Shown here: positions 53,001 through 64,000 of the stretch, piece by piece
How positions within the stretch are numbered: the first letter of the stretch is position 1
Layout of the letters: each line of letters starts with the position of its first letter
Source of the DNA: TPA_inf: Saccharomyces
Taxonomy: Eukaryota
Assembly: GCA_000146045.2 (NCBI GenBank)
Contig: BK006944.2
Coordinates: 1-64,000, forward strand
Reading direction: 5' to 3'
Length of the DNA: 64,000 nt
The notes under the pieces: model-generated
What the model was told of the DNA's origin: nothing
The model's input: the letters and a program-made list of their open reading frames with translations, nothing else
The model's database searches: none
Translations under genes and position numbers: made by a program

Positions 53001-53353
53001 ATCCCAACCTTAAAATAGATGGTCTCAACGAATACTTCATCATGAAATGTGTCCCAATAATCTTTGAAATTCCGTTCAATCCAATATACAAGTTCAATAT
53101 CAAAGAAGGGAATTTCAAAACAATGGCATATGATTTGGCAAGATTACTGAGGGAGCTATTTATCGTCAGCAGCAACCCCACCACAAATGAGAATGAATGT
53201 GTAAAATATTTAACTCAGATCTACCTTCCACAAATCCAATTACCACAGGAATTGACGATTCAGTTGGTTAATATGTTAACCACAATGGGTCAAAAGCAAT
53301 TCGAAAAATGGTTTGTAGATAATTTCATTTCTGTTTTAAAGCAAGGTCAATAG
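50051..53353 (+). CDS. LOS1: Exportin-t, nuclear tRNA export receptor (importin-beta/HEAT-repeat family)
   Basis: 1100 aa, all-helical HEAT-type protein with an N-terminal importin-beta Ran-binding region. Confidence 0.9.
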   Translation: MLERIQQLVNAVNDPRSDVATKRQAIELLNGIKSSENALEIFISLVINENSNDLLKFYGLSTLIELMTEGVNANPNGLNLVKFEITKWLKFQVLGNKQTKLPDFLMNKISEVLTTLFMLMYSDCNGNQWNSFFDDLMSLFQVDSAISNTSPSTDGNILLGLEFFNKLCLMINSEIADQSFIRSKESQLKNNNIKDWMRDNDIMKLSNVWFQCLKLDEQIVSQCPGLINSTLDCIGSFISWIDINLIIDANNYYLQLIYKFLNLKETKISCYNCILAIISKKMKPMDKLAFLNMINLTNELTYYHQAISMNPQIITFDNLEVWESLTKLITSFGIEFTIIIEQVNDDQKLDTLYKQSVISNVDSILLEKIIPILLEFMNNEFDSITAKTFPFWSNYLAFLKKYKASSPNFVPLHKDFLDNFQQICFKRMKFSDDEVTQDDFEEFNETVRFKLKNFQEIIVVIDPSLFLNNISQEISANLMNCKNESWQIFELTIYQIFNLSECTKNNYFGLNKNEIMTSQPSLTLVRFLNELLMMKDFLLAIDNEQIQILFMELIVKNYNFIFSTSANTANATDDDEKYLLILNIFMSSFAMFNKRENVRLRSWYLFTRFLKLTRINLKKILFANKNLVNEITNKISPLLHIKVTSINAQGTDDNDTIFDNQLYIFEGIGFIITLNNSSQELTAATANTPIDYDILDQILTPLFTQLEGCITQGASPVVILECHHILMAIGTLARGLHIGLVPENQVNNMVVNKKLINDSLIHKFSNIAEVILVTFSFFNKFENIRDASRFTFARLIPILSNKILPFINKLIELILSSTDLKSWEMIDFLGFLSQLIHMFHTDTDCYQLFNQLLTPLINKVHSIIEEIDEQHDQQSSSNKPIDTAVTATSVNKNIVVTDSYRDKILLKKAYCTFLQSFTNNSVTSILLSDINRAILPVILNDLVTYTPQEIQETSMMKVSLNVLCNFIKCFGNGTCLDNDDINKDPNLKIDGLNEYFIMKCVPIIFEIPFNPIYKFNIKEGNFKTMAYDLARLLRELFIVSSNPTTNENECVKYLTQIYLPQIQLPQELTIQLVNMLTTMGQKQFEKWFVDNFISVLKQGQ

Positions 53354-53703
53354 CTTTCAGGCGCAGAAAACCTGAAAATAAAAAAAAAATGCAAAACGAG
53401 AGTAAAAGTTGTAATTATATTTATACTAATATTTAAATTGGTAATATGTAATTAGACTTATCATTCACTTTGGTTTAGCAGCTAGTCATGTAATGGCACT
53501 AAAAGTGCTTCTTTATCTATTATTTATACGTGACATACCATTACTTCTATGTATTACGTAAAGAATGACAAACGTTTAGTTTTTTTAATTTCAAAGAAAT
53601 CGTTGGAAGGTTCAAAAAGGATCAGGTGAGATATTAGAGTATATGAATGTTTCAGTCTCTAAGCTACACAAAGAACTAGCATAGTAGGACTTTAACCCAT
53701 ACA

Positions 53704-55602
53704 ATGGAACTCAACGACCCTTCAATTATATCAAGCAGCCAGTTTTCAGGTGAATTGTCTGACAGCGATACTGCAGCCGCTACTCACAAATCGCAACAAG
53801 CCATCTCAAATTTATTCCAAAAATTAGCCAAAAAGGGCAGAGAAGAGAAGCCAATCGGTAGCGTAGAATCTTCAACTGATAGCTCTAACATTTCTGTTGC
53901 TACGAGCGGTAACAATAAAGAAAGCAATAAAAAAAAAAATAAGAAAACGGCCATGCTAAATTTCAGCAGTTTGACGGACCCTATAACGAACTACAAACCA
54001 ATGGATCTGCAATACAAGACATATGCATACTCCATGAATGAACTTTATCATTTGAAACCATCTTTGGCAAGTGCTTCGTACGAAGAAGACCCACTTATTT
54101 CGGAACTTGTGAGGAGTTTACCCAAAAGAAAGTTTTGGCGATTGCGCATGGGACCTCCAGATCAAAAGCATGCTAATAACCATCATTTTAATGGGAACAA
54201 TGGTGGAGGCAGTTGGAAGGCTGGTTACAAGAATGGGAAAAACGATGAGAGAAGAATGAGTAGAACCAAAAACATGCAGGGAGGCAAACGAAGATCTCAA
54301 CAAGATGATGAAGAAAAAAAGATTGACCAAGAAATGCTGGAGATGGACAAGAATCTTCAATTAGGAGGTGACGTCGGCCATTCAATTGCAGATTTTGAAG
54401 ATTGGAAGGCAAAGATGAAAGAATTAGAATTGAAAAAACTTTCAAAATCTAAAGGAATCAGTAACTCTACCGCAATTGCTCCCAGGGAAAGCGCCTCTCA
54501 TGAAACACCCACCGATTTAAGACCGGTCATTCCAAGGGGCCCTAGTTCAATAACAGATTTTTTGAATTTAAAGAGGCAAGATAAGAAGGAAGAATCTTCA
54601 CAACAAACACCTGGTATTCCTGTTGGACAGCCAAGCCTATCCAAAACCAGTATAGAACAAGTTAACGAATTAGAAACTAATTCAGATTTGGGTAAAAGTT
54701 CATCATCTCGGTTTTCATCATTTTTCAATAAATCTGCCACTTCGTTGCCTTCATTAGATAATAATAATCAAGTGCCATCGTCAAACGTGTCTGTAGTAAA
54801 CAACGATGGCAACAGTACACCTCATCAAAGTGGTTCAAGACTGATGTCGTTTTTCAAAGAATCTAGATCGAGCACTCCAAATGCAGAATCGCAGTTGTTA
54901 TCAGCCTCAGACAAAGATAATGGAAAGATGCAGACTCTTCCGCAATTCCAGCAGCAACCGCAACAAATGCAACCAATGGCATTTACCCAGCATCCTCCTA
55001 ATAACAACGCATTTTTCAATGGGCTATTGAATAAAGGTAAAAGTGAAACTAGTACTCCTCCTCCTCCACCCCCAGGACTAATTGCTCATCAGGGTCCACA
55101 ATTTCCTGTGATGGGTGTACCACCAAATTTTCCACAACGCATGATGCCACCGCCACCAGGTCTCGTTCAATTCCAGAAAGATTCTAAAGATGTAAATAAG
55201 AAGGAAGACAGGCAATTAAGGCAAAATAAAAATCCAAACGGAACAAGAAATAGCAAGGGAAAACAAGAGGAAACAGCAACGCCAGATCTGCCTCAACAGC
55301 AATACATGCCACCACCCCCACCTCCAGGGTTTTTTCCAATGCATCCTAACTTTCCTAACGGCCCAATGCCACCATTACCACAGGGGTTCCCAATCCCACC
55401 AAATGGTATGTTACCGGTAACAGGACAACAGCCACAGCCACCTTATCCAAATATGATGCTACAAGGAAATTTCCCCCCTAATTTCCAGCAAGGTTTTGGT
55501 AGTAACTCCCCTATGCCAATTCCATCTATTATTAATGCCAATGGCAAAAATGTTACAAACCAGTTACCACCAGGATTAAACTCTAAAAAGAATATAAAAT
55601 GA
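53704..55602 (+). CDS. EAP1: eIF4E-associated protein (4E-BP-like translational repressor), low-complexity Pro/Gln/Asn-rich
   Basis: 632 aa. The YxxxxL-phi eIF4E-binding motif is YSMNELY. The C-terminal half is rich in P/Q/N and poly-Pro (PPPPPPG). Confidence 0.85.
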   Translation: MELNDPSIISSSQFSGELSDSDTAAATHKSQQAISNLFQKLAKKGREEKPIGSVESSTDSSNISVATSGNNKESNKKKNKKTAMLNFSSLTDPITNYKPMDLQYKTYAYSMNELYHLKPSLASASYEEDPLISELVRSLPKRKFWRLRMGPPDQKHANNHHFNGNNGGGSWKAGYKNGKNDERRMSRTKNMQGGKRRSQQDDEEKKIDQEMLEMDKNLQLGGDVGHSIADFEDWKAKMKELELKKLSKSKGISNSTAIAPRESASHETPTDLRPVIPRGPSSITDFLNLKRQDKKEESSQQTPGIPVGQPSLSKTSIEQVNELETNSDLGKSSSSRFSSFFNKSATSLPSLDNNNQVPSSNVSVVNNDGNSTPHQSGSRLMSFFKESRSSTPNAESQLLSASDKDNGKMQTLPQFQQQPQQMQPMAFTQHPPNNNAFFNGLLNKGKSETSTPPPPPPGLIAHQGPQFPVMGVPPNFPQRMMPPPPGLVQFQKDSKDVNKKEDRQLRQNKNPNGTRNSKGKQEETATPDLPQQQYMPPPPPPGFFPMHPNFPNGPMPPLPQGFPIPPNGMLPVTGQQPQPPYPNMMLQGNFPPNFQQGFGSNSPMPIPSIINANGKNVTNQLPPGLNSKKNIK

Positions 55603-55934
55603 GATGCGTAACGAGCGAGTACTTGACAGGAAACGACAAAAACACAGTGAACATACTATCTAAAAGCATGTTCTTTTCCTTTTCATTTTTCATCTTTATT
55701 ATCTAGAGTTTGTATATAACATGTATCCTATATTATCTTATCCTATCATCATCACTTAACTTGTTATAATTCTCCCATATACTTATGTTTTCGCCTTTGA
55801 TATTTACTAGTCGAAGGAACTTTTTTCGCAGTTAGTAACGTCACGCTCGGAACTAAACATTAATGAATGAGATGCATTTTTATACAACACTTTTACAGGC
55901 TATATACAACTAAGTGATTTTCAATACATTAAAA

Positions 55935-58900
55935 CTACCAGAATGGACACCAACCGATATAATGTTGGCATAGGTTTTCCACTGATGTGGCTTGTTGGAT
56001 TAGTTTATCCACTTGTTCTGGAACGTCCAAGTCATTAAACCTTCTTATATCGTTCCCCGTTAATTTGTCAGTAATGCGCTTCAATACCAACATGGCCCTT
56101 GCATTTCGAATGGCATTCTTGTGCTCGTTTTCCACCCTTTGAACTTCTTCTTCGGTAATAGCCCCATTACTCAATAGCTCATTGGCATTCATCACGGGAA
56201 GTTGAATGCCCGTTTCTTCCTCAATTTTCTTTGTTGGTAAGTCAAAACCCCAATTGATCAAAGGATCGAAAGCAAAAGCTTCAAGGATTGCCATTAATGA
56301 ACCCTTGTTATCTCTAAGTACCTTCATAACATTCTCACAAGTAATACGGAAGCTACCTTCAATTCCACTCACTTCCATTGCATATGTTAACATTCTAGTT
56401 AATCTAAAAGGTACTTTTTCGGGGAATTTTTCTCTTAATATAGCAGCCTCGAAACAATCACCAAAATCAATATGAATGACTTTCCCAGTGATTCTATCCA
56501 ACATCAAATTACTAGGGTGGCGGTCACCTAACCCCAATATATAACCGGTCATGGACATCACGGCTAGCGATCGAGTGTAAGTAGTTCTACGCTCCAACCA
56601 CGTTTCCGATGACCTACTCTTCAGCCATAACACCTTATAAAGATCTTGTCCCTCCGTATTATTTAGGGCGTAAGTGAAGACTTCTACTTTCTGCAACAAC
56701 GTTAAATTGTCATAATCAGGTGCCATTTGTAACATGACCCAATGCTCAATGTTTAAAGGAATTTTTTTGGCTTCTCTATGCTCCCTAATTAATACATGGA
56801 ACGTGTCACTATTCGGTACCCAACCCAGTAACCCAGACTTCGGAGATAATGGGATTGCTGGATATTGCTGGATATCTAGATGCCTTCTAAAGCACTCAGC
56901 GTCATTTTGCAAAAGCGTGTTAACTAGTCCGAATAATTGCATGACCAAGCTATCCTGTCTAATGTCTTCATGTCCTTTCAACACATACTTATAATCTTTA
57001 CCATCACTACCCTTGATACAAAACTTTCTCGGTCTTTGTTTGGATGAGATTACTGAAAATACTGGCTCGAATTTAGATATTTTAACAATTGGTTTTCCAC
57101 CACTTGCACGGGTCCCGGGGACAGCCAATTCCAAATCATGCGCAGATAGTAGTTTTGGCGACACATGTTGTAGTTCAAGAGTTTGTAATTGTGGCAACTG
57201 TTTACCAATTTTCCTGAAAACATTATAGTAAATGTCCCACGCTTGGTTTAAATTACTAACATCTTTAGATTTTTTGTAATTCATCAGCCATTCGTAAGCG
57301 TCATTCAAGTCCCTACCAAAAGAATTTTGGAACGATATTTCCCTCAAAGTTTCCGGTCCTCTCTTCAGCATTTCGTACAGAGGCTCTAAAGCAGCAAACA
57401 TTTTTTCGGTATTATGTTCTCCAAAAAACTGCCTACTGGCGTCATCCAGACCCTCATACCATTGCTCATGCCAAAGCACCGCCATACGTATCAATTCGTG
57501 GCTGACAAGTTCAGCCTGGTCGACCAAAACTGGACTATGTATTCTCATCTTTTCTATGATGGACAAAGCTGCTTTCTGTCGTGAGAGAGATTCGGATTTA
57601 ATCGCAACCATTAAGGGGTACACTAATGCCTGCGGATGAGCCTTACCTAGATCAGATAATAGGGAGAGTAATGACCTACTAACAATTTGATTGGGTTGAT
57701 GAATTCTAGAAATTAACTGTGGCAACACTTCTAACCATGTGCCTATTTGGATTAGGTTGAAACCCTCGTGCATAGCTTGGGTTGCTTCTGGAATACCACC
57801 AAAAGTAAACCATAAAGTTAATAACCTTAATGCATCTTGAAGAGAGCTTGATTCTGATAAAGAAATGGAATGAAAAAAACCCTTAATTGCTGGAATTACG
57901 TGCCTGTGTATTAAATTAGAAGAGTAATGAACTTCCTTAGCATCAAATGTATTGACGCCGATCATGCCATTATCAAACTCATTAATATCAGTTACCGAGG
58001 AAGCATCACTTCCTTCCTGTTTCTTTTTAGAGACAGATGTTAGCATAGAAATGACTTCAAAATTGGCCAGTGCCCAGTTATGCCACGCTTTGTACCATGT
58101 GTTGTCAAAATGTGTAGCGAGCAAATAGGAGCCTAGGATCGAATCTGGATTGCTCAATCTCCATTTAGGCTGTAAGCAAACTCTCCATTCTCCTTGCTTC
58201 AAGAAACAACGAGCTAAAAGCTTAGTATAATCTTCAACGTGACGAGGGACTCTTTTGCTTTGTTGAGGAACGCTTTGAGCTATCATATTATTTGGATCCA
58301 AACCTAAATCATGAGCCATTCTAGATGTGAAATTAATTAATTGCTTCAAAGCCTCATCTTGCAACCCCGTAGCCCACAAGTACTTCAGTTGTGCATAAAC
58401 AACTGGAGGGGATGCCTTAGCAGTATTAGGATGATCTGGGTCATCTGTTTCTTCAAGCAATGTATTTAAGACTTTTTTAGCTAGCGCCATCCTACCCGAT
58501 TTTCTGCATAAGTTGGCAAACTTAATCCTCACTTGAGCATCCTCCTTTGGCTTTATCACCAATGATCTGACACGCAGAATTCTTTGCCACACATCAATAT
58601 TTTTTTGACAGCCCAGTAATCTGGTATTCCAAGTTTCTCTCATAGTTAGACGTTTATCTGAATTTTGTGGCAACTTCTTATATTTGATGATTTCCTCCAA
58701 CTCTGCTATAATCTGCGCTCTAACAACAACATTATATGCTCTATTGTAGCTTTCATTAACAAGAGCTGACAATTCAGTAACTAGAAGATCCCTTGCATTA
58801 AAGATGTGAACTTCCGCCTTCTTAAAATTATTCCTATGCAAACATAAAATTGCATCATAGAATTCTTTATCTGGAGACTGCGATTTCATGACGCTAGTAT

Positions 58901-61900
58901 ACTGGGCTATTTCATCCCATTGCTCCAAACCCCAGGCAGCGCCGGCAGCCAAAGGCGCCATTGCCTTCTTCACTTCGGGTTTTGCCGTGCCCCACTTTTC
59001 AGATGCCAATTTAGAAAGCTCTTCCCACTCTCCAAGGGCATATAACGATCTTAATTTTCCCATCATCACTTCAACCGAATCTTCTCCTGCTGCCTCCTTC
59101 TCATTATATGCTGCAAGAGCATCCTCCCAACGTTGAAGTTTTTCATACCAAGTTTCCTTCAGCTGCAATTCATTGTGTTGTTGCGCATGCTTCAAAATAC
59201 CAATAGCAGAATCAGTTTGGTGAAGTTGATTATTAATGCTAATCAATGCCTCGATTGTTGAATTTTTCGGCTCTTCTAAGAATTCTACCTCTTTGTAATG
59301 TAGTGCCTTCGCAAAAGCATGACATTTTTGGGCATACTTACCTAATGTATGGATTGGGATAGGCAATGGTTTGTCATCGTGCTCCATAAATTCCACTAAA
59401 TTTAACAACATTTGATAAATCTCGGGTGGGTTTTCAGAGGATGATAAAGCCTTGCATAATGCTTGAATCAAATCCTCTTGGTATGACGTTTGAAGCTCAA
59501 CCCAGCAACTTGAGAATGAAGCATTAAACAATTCTCTCGCCAACGGATAATAAACGCTGACTAAACTCGAACAGGATCGTAGACAAGCTGAAGGTGATTC
59601 CTTTAGAAGCTGAATAGATAGCCTTCTTATCCATTCTTGCCAATCTTCTTTGGTCTTCTGTTGAGAACAATACCATGCATTCTTTAGGATATTTTGGTTT
59701 ACCGGTAATTTCGTTACTTGCATTTCGTCTTCATAATTTTTCCTTTCAGGTACTTCGTTCTCCTTGTCAAATATGATATTTGTTGGCAAGCATTCATTGT
59801 TCAGTAATTTATTAACCAGTTGATCGTACACTGAATGCTGAATCCTATTCCTCAATAACGCCTTGTTAATCACTGGCACAAAGACCACAAAGTCGGTACC
59901 TAGTTGTAAAAGGAGCAAACTTAGCGTATTCATGGTTGCTTTTGTTAGTTCTCTATCCCCATTATTCAAAATTCTTACCAACGCCTGAACAATTCTTGAT
60001 GACATTTCAGAGAGGTTGATATTCTTTGCTAATCTACCCAAAGTTATAATGGAGATTTTCTTTAGACTTCCAGCAGAATACTCAGTCATTCTAACAACGA
60101 TAGGCATAATCAAATGGGAATAGTCTTCTAGATTCGGCCCAAAAGTAACCAAAGATTTTAATATACGAATCGGAACGATCCTTTTATTAGACTGGTCGTT
60201 CTCAAGAATATCAAGGAAAAAGGTTAGAGTCTCGGGAACAAATCTTTTAAACTCACCTTCCAGAGCCTTAGATATCGATTCTATGACAGAAATAATTGTG
60301 ATTTGTAGTTTAATGATCGGGAAAAACTCCCTGATCACACCATAAATTTTCTCGACATGGGGCCTAATATGTTGCTTGACAATTGAGATGAGAGATCCCA
60401 GTTGCTGAAAATAAAAGTCAAGTTGGGACGGCGGGCATGAACGCATGACTAAAATGATACCTGGAATAATTTGATCCAAAAAGGAGACACATCGTAAACC
60501 AAGGTTTTGAAAAATATGCATAATAGCTTGAATAGCAGCCGTGTGATGGATTGACAACGATGGATCATTCAATATCTTCATCAGATTGTGGATAACTACA
60601 GTGGGGTAATATTCATCGTTGGATGGAGATACCCCTTGCATTAGCAATGCGATGTCGATTGAAGGAGCATTTTGCTCTACTGAACTCTTTGAGTTTGATG
60701 TGACTTCTATTTCTCTGTGCTTATATGGATCAAGAGCGCCTAATATACCAATCAAACGAACAGTTCCACGCCTGATATGAGGGTTGTTTTCAGTCTTAAG
60801 AATATTTATCAAAATGCCAAGTAACTCTGGGTAGTCTAGTAAAGGGCCAACAACATAACCAGAGGAAGCAGCCAGCTGTCCTAATGTTGTTAAGGCGGCA
60901 TCTCTTTTAAAAGAGTTTGATTGGTCCTGAAATGTGTTAATGATCAATGGCATCAATTCCTTTAAGTAACGCGTCATTTCTTTTCCTCCAACAACAGATA
61001 GTTCACCCAAAACCTTTAAAGCGGTGGATGCTACGGCAGATGAAGCATCCTGGCATTTAGGAAGAATGACGTCTAGAATAGGATCAATATAAGGTTTCGC
61101 TACTTCATCGCTGGAATTTATCAGCGTACATAATAGAGTTGCACTTTCCTCCTTTTTTTTTGGCATATTTGAGAACTTCAATTGCGTTAATAGTTCCAGT
61201 AAAGTTTTCCTCAAAGAAGGAACTACATAAGCGGGGTTGACAGAACTCAATCTGCCTATTATTTTGATAGCTTCCAATTGAATACCAAAAATCTCATCGT
61301 TCAGCGCCATGAAAAGTAGGCGTAAATTGTCTGGTTGGGCCAATTGAGGATCAAAATTTGACCCCAAATGCTGAAGAATTTCCAATCTAATTTCTGCAAC
61401 CGGATCAGTTATTGCGATCATTAATAGCTTACTTAGCACTTCAGAAACCGAGTGTAAAGCATGAACTGATGTTTGTTTACATATATCGTCTTTGATAAAT
61501 AAATCACACGACGTTAATGCTGCCAATTTTCTGACAGACGAATCCTCATGCTCAATGTAAGAAATGGTTATAAGCCTAACAAACTCCGTCAAGGAATATT
61601 GATGATGAATTAGTTGCAGCATTTTAAAACACTGAATCAAAATTTGGGCATCTGTAATATCGTCATTAGATTCACCAGTTTTTTTCATGAAACTTTGGTT
61701 TCTTGATTTACGAGCCTTTTCAATGGAAAATTGATTATTAAAATCGTATTGGTTTGATTGAATAAATTTTTCACCAGATAAGGATATCGACAGTAAATTT
61801 AGTATCCTCGAATTAACGGTAGATTCCAAAGAGGGTATTTTCTCGTTAAGGATCATTAAAGTCTCCTGCATATGGTCGGACATTGGACAGTTTAACATCA

Positions 61901-63359
61901 AATTAAGAAGATCTTTGTTCAAGTGCTTAGCAAAAGCTGGGCCCAAAGCACAAGCTAATTTACCAATGCAATAAAATAAATCCTTCTCGAATTGTTTTCT
62001 AACTTTGAATTTCGTTCTTAAGCCTTCCCTAATATTATCCAGAATAAGTGTCATATAGGGTGAAATGCTCGAACCAACTTCAAATGCAATATCACCTATA
62101 GAAACTAATATAAAAGGTTTATCCGAATTATTTGCAGCATTCATATCGATGTTCTTCAAATATCTTAAATAATGAACCATTATCCTATCGAGATATTTCT
62201 TTGTGAAAATGGCAGGGTCAAAAGCAGCTAAAAGAGGTAAAATAGCATAAACTTCTCTCCTTATAACATCAAATTTATATTCCTTGTACTTCATAGTAGA
62301 TTTGTAAATATCATCATATTTATCCCTGAGATAAGGTGCTTTCAAGCTGAGTAATTCTCGAAATACCAACAGAGTAGCATGCACTGAATCATTCGTATTG
62401 AGACTTAAGCCATGTGTACAACCTTGAAATAATCTTTGAAACCACTGTTTTCCCAAAGCAGGGTCTCTATCCTGAATAATAGTAAGACATTTACCCAATG
62501 CCACTGCGGCATCTAATCGTATAATTAACTTTGCATCCCTTAATGGCACCCAAATATTGTCTAAGATAGAGTTAACGTAAGGGTATAAAAGATAGGGTGA
62601 ATTGTCTGCTAATGCCTTTATGATTAATAGCGCAGCATGTCTCCTGTATTCCAACTTAGAGCTCGATGAGTTATTATCTGCTGTCAGAGTAAGCCAATCA
62701 ATGCAAGTTCTGACCTCAAATTCGACGAAATCTGATGTTAATGTACCACCTGGCACGGTCAATCTACCTAAGGTGTTAGCCGCTAATCTCATAACTTCAA
62801 TGTCACTGGATGGAATTAAAACACGTAAATAGTTCGCCAGTCTTGAAGTTTGGTTTGGCAGCTCCTCTGTACTCAGGTAGAATGAGATCAGAGTATCAAC
62901 AGCAAGAATACCACCTATCTTCTCACTTGAAGTAAACCCGTGAATAAGTTCAAATATCTTATTGTTTAAACTGTTGCTAAACCTTTGAAATTGCTCAGCA
63001 GATACTTCCCTTGCTAATGAGGTCAAAGTAGTGCTTAATTCATTAGCGCCAGAGGCTCGTTCTTGTGGCACATCGCTTTTAAGTTTATCAAAAATCAAAT
63101 TTAAAGTAGAAAATGTTGTATCTAGTTCTGAATCTACAAAGGATATTTTACCAATATGACCAGCAGAACCAGTGATCACTCTACCAGAGTCATTGGGCCC
63201 ATTGTGATTGGAATCTGTGTTTGAAGTAGTTGACATCTCATCATCGTGGGAGTGCGATTTGTGTGTAAGTTTCTTTCTTGTTCTGTGTTTGCCTTCGGCC
63301 CTTTGTCGTAAAGACAATAAGTTAGGTGGCGTGGTGTATTTGTTAATGTATTTATTCAT
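55935..63359 (-). CDS. TOR2: Target-of-rapamycin PIKK protein kinase (TORC1/TORC2 catalytic subunit)
   Basis: 2474 aa with N-terminal HEAT repeats and a FAT domain. The FRB segment is [33 protein letters not shown], where the Ser is the rapamycin-resistance position. The kinase catalytic loop is [13 protein letters not shown] and the activation segment is HIDFGDCFE. The FATC ending is ...YIGWCPFW. The length matches TOR2 exactly. Confidence 0.95.
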
Positions 63360-63929
63360 TTTTCATATGGGGAAAGTAAAGATCAGAAATCTCTTTGAGA
63401 AAGATAACTATTTGATCTTAATGACTATGCTCTTTATGCACCCGGTATATTTTCCCTTTCTACTGCTCCTAATCTACCTGTAAATAAATACAAGTAAAGC
63501 TCAGTTAAGGAAGTGATTGGTGTCACGATGATAAAAATTGGTCTTTCCTACTGTCATTACATTTCTTCCAATTTTAATTGCTGCCATATATGTCAGTCTC
63601 TATTCAAACATATTCAGTGCTTAAAAAGGAATATCCGGGTAAATATTCTGACATCGCCCAAGAAATATACGATATAACTTAAAGAAAAGAGTTGTAGTAA
63701 GCTAATAGCATTAAGATTAAATGTATGTTTGATTAATTGCAATATCATGATGTTATAGAGTAACGTGGTATAATTACCACGATTCCGTCGAATTGTTTGC
63801 CACTTATCACTGGCGCCAAAATGCAGCAGTATGTAAAAAATGACGGTAATAAATATATAATACAAATGCATAGAGGAAAGGCTATAGAAATGAAGAGATT
63901 CATGAATTTTCAGTCAGGTTCTCCGACTT

Positions 63930-64000
63930 TTAATTGCTGTGCCCCTCCTCCTGCTTCTTTTTTTCCTCTTCTTCGTTCTTCTTCTTTTCTTCCTCTTCCT
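63930..64000 (-). CDS. MNN4: 3' end (C-terminal Lys/Glu-rich repeat and stop) of mannosylphosphate-transfer regulator, partial
   Basis: The minus-strand frame reads ...EEEEKKKNEEEEKKKQEEGHSN* with the stop (TAA) at 63930-63932. This KKKKEEEE-type tail is characteristic of MNN4. The CDS continues beyond the window edge. Confidence 0.6.
   Translation of the reverse strand, partial: EEEEKKKNEEEEKKKQEEGHSN

Noticed and set aside
57250-57260. TACTAAC branch-point-like heptamer on the + strand within TOR2. More generally, a search for spliceosomal introns across the window.
   Set aside because: The heptamer is on the non-coding strand of an uninterrupted 2474-aa ORF. No GTATGT...TACTAAC...AG arrangement interrupts any gene here, and all CDS are continuous.
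63614-63871. 85-aa minus-strand ORF between TOR2 and MNN4
   Set aside because: It is a short, hydrophobic, low-complexity ORF in an AT-rich intergenic region with no supporting features. It is treated as dubious.

Overview
Recognition of encoded proteins and flanking landmarks identifies this window as the left end of Saccharomyces cerevisiae chromosome XI, from the telomeric C1-3A repeats (TEL11L) to the 3' end of MNN4. The evidence is the TG1-3/C1-3A telomere tract, X-element combinatorial repeats, a PAU seripauperin, a COS/DUP380 gene, and the run of well-known proteins TOR2 (2474 aa, FAT/FRB/kinase/FATC), LOS1, UBA1, STE6, SAC1, TRP3, DOA1, OXP1, URA1, JEN1 and FRE2. The telomere is X-only (no Y'), followed by about 20 kb of subtelomeric nutrient and stress genes and then a dense run of core genes with short intergenic regions. 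One tRNA-Thr(CGU) gene lies on the minus strand. Several textbook cis-elements are directly visible: the 31-bp alpha2-Mcm1 operator upstream of STE6, a TTCGG-N6-CCGAA Ppr1 UAS upstream of URA1, a Gcn4 TGAGTCA box upstream of TRP3, PyPuCACCCPu Aft1-type boxes upstream of FRE2, and X-core ACS matches. I see no CRISPR array, no Ty element or solo LTR, and no introns. Nearly everything is accounted for by known yeast genes, and I found no convincing evidence of an undescribed multi-gene system. The items most worth a second look are a ~500-bp block of more than 90% A+T downstream of COS9 (15780..16300) that resembles mitochondrial spacer DNA, in-frame upstream ATG extensions on OXP1, STE6 and EMC3, a divergent pairing of an uncharacterised Zn2Cys6 factor with the MCH2 transporter, and a subtelomeric grouping of carboxylate-handling genes (MCH2, SRY1, JEN1).
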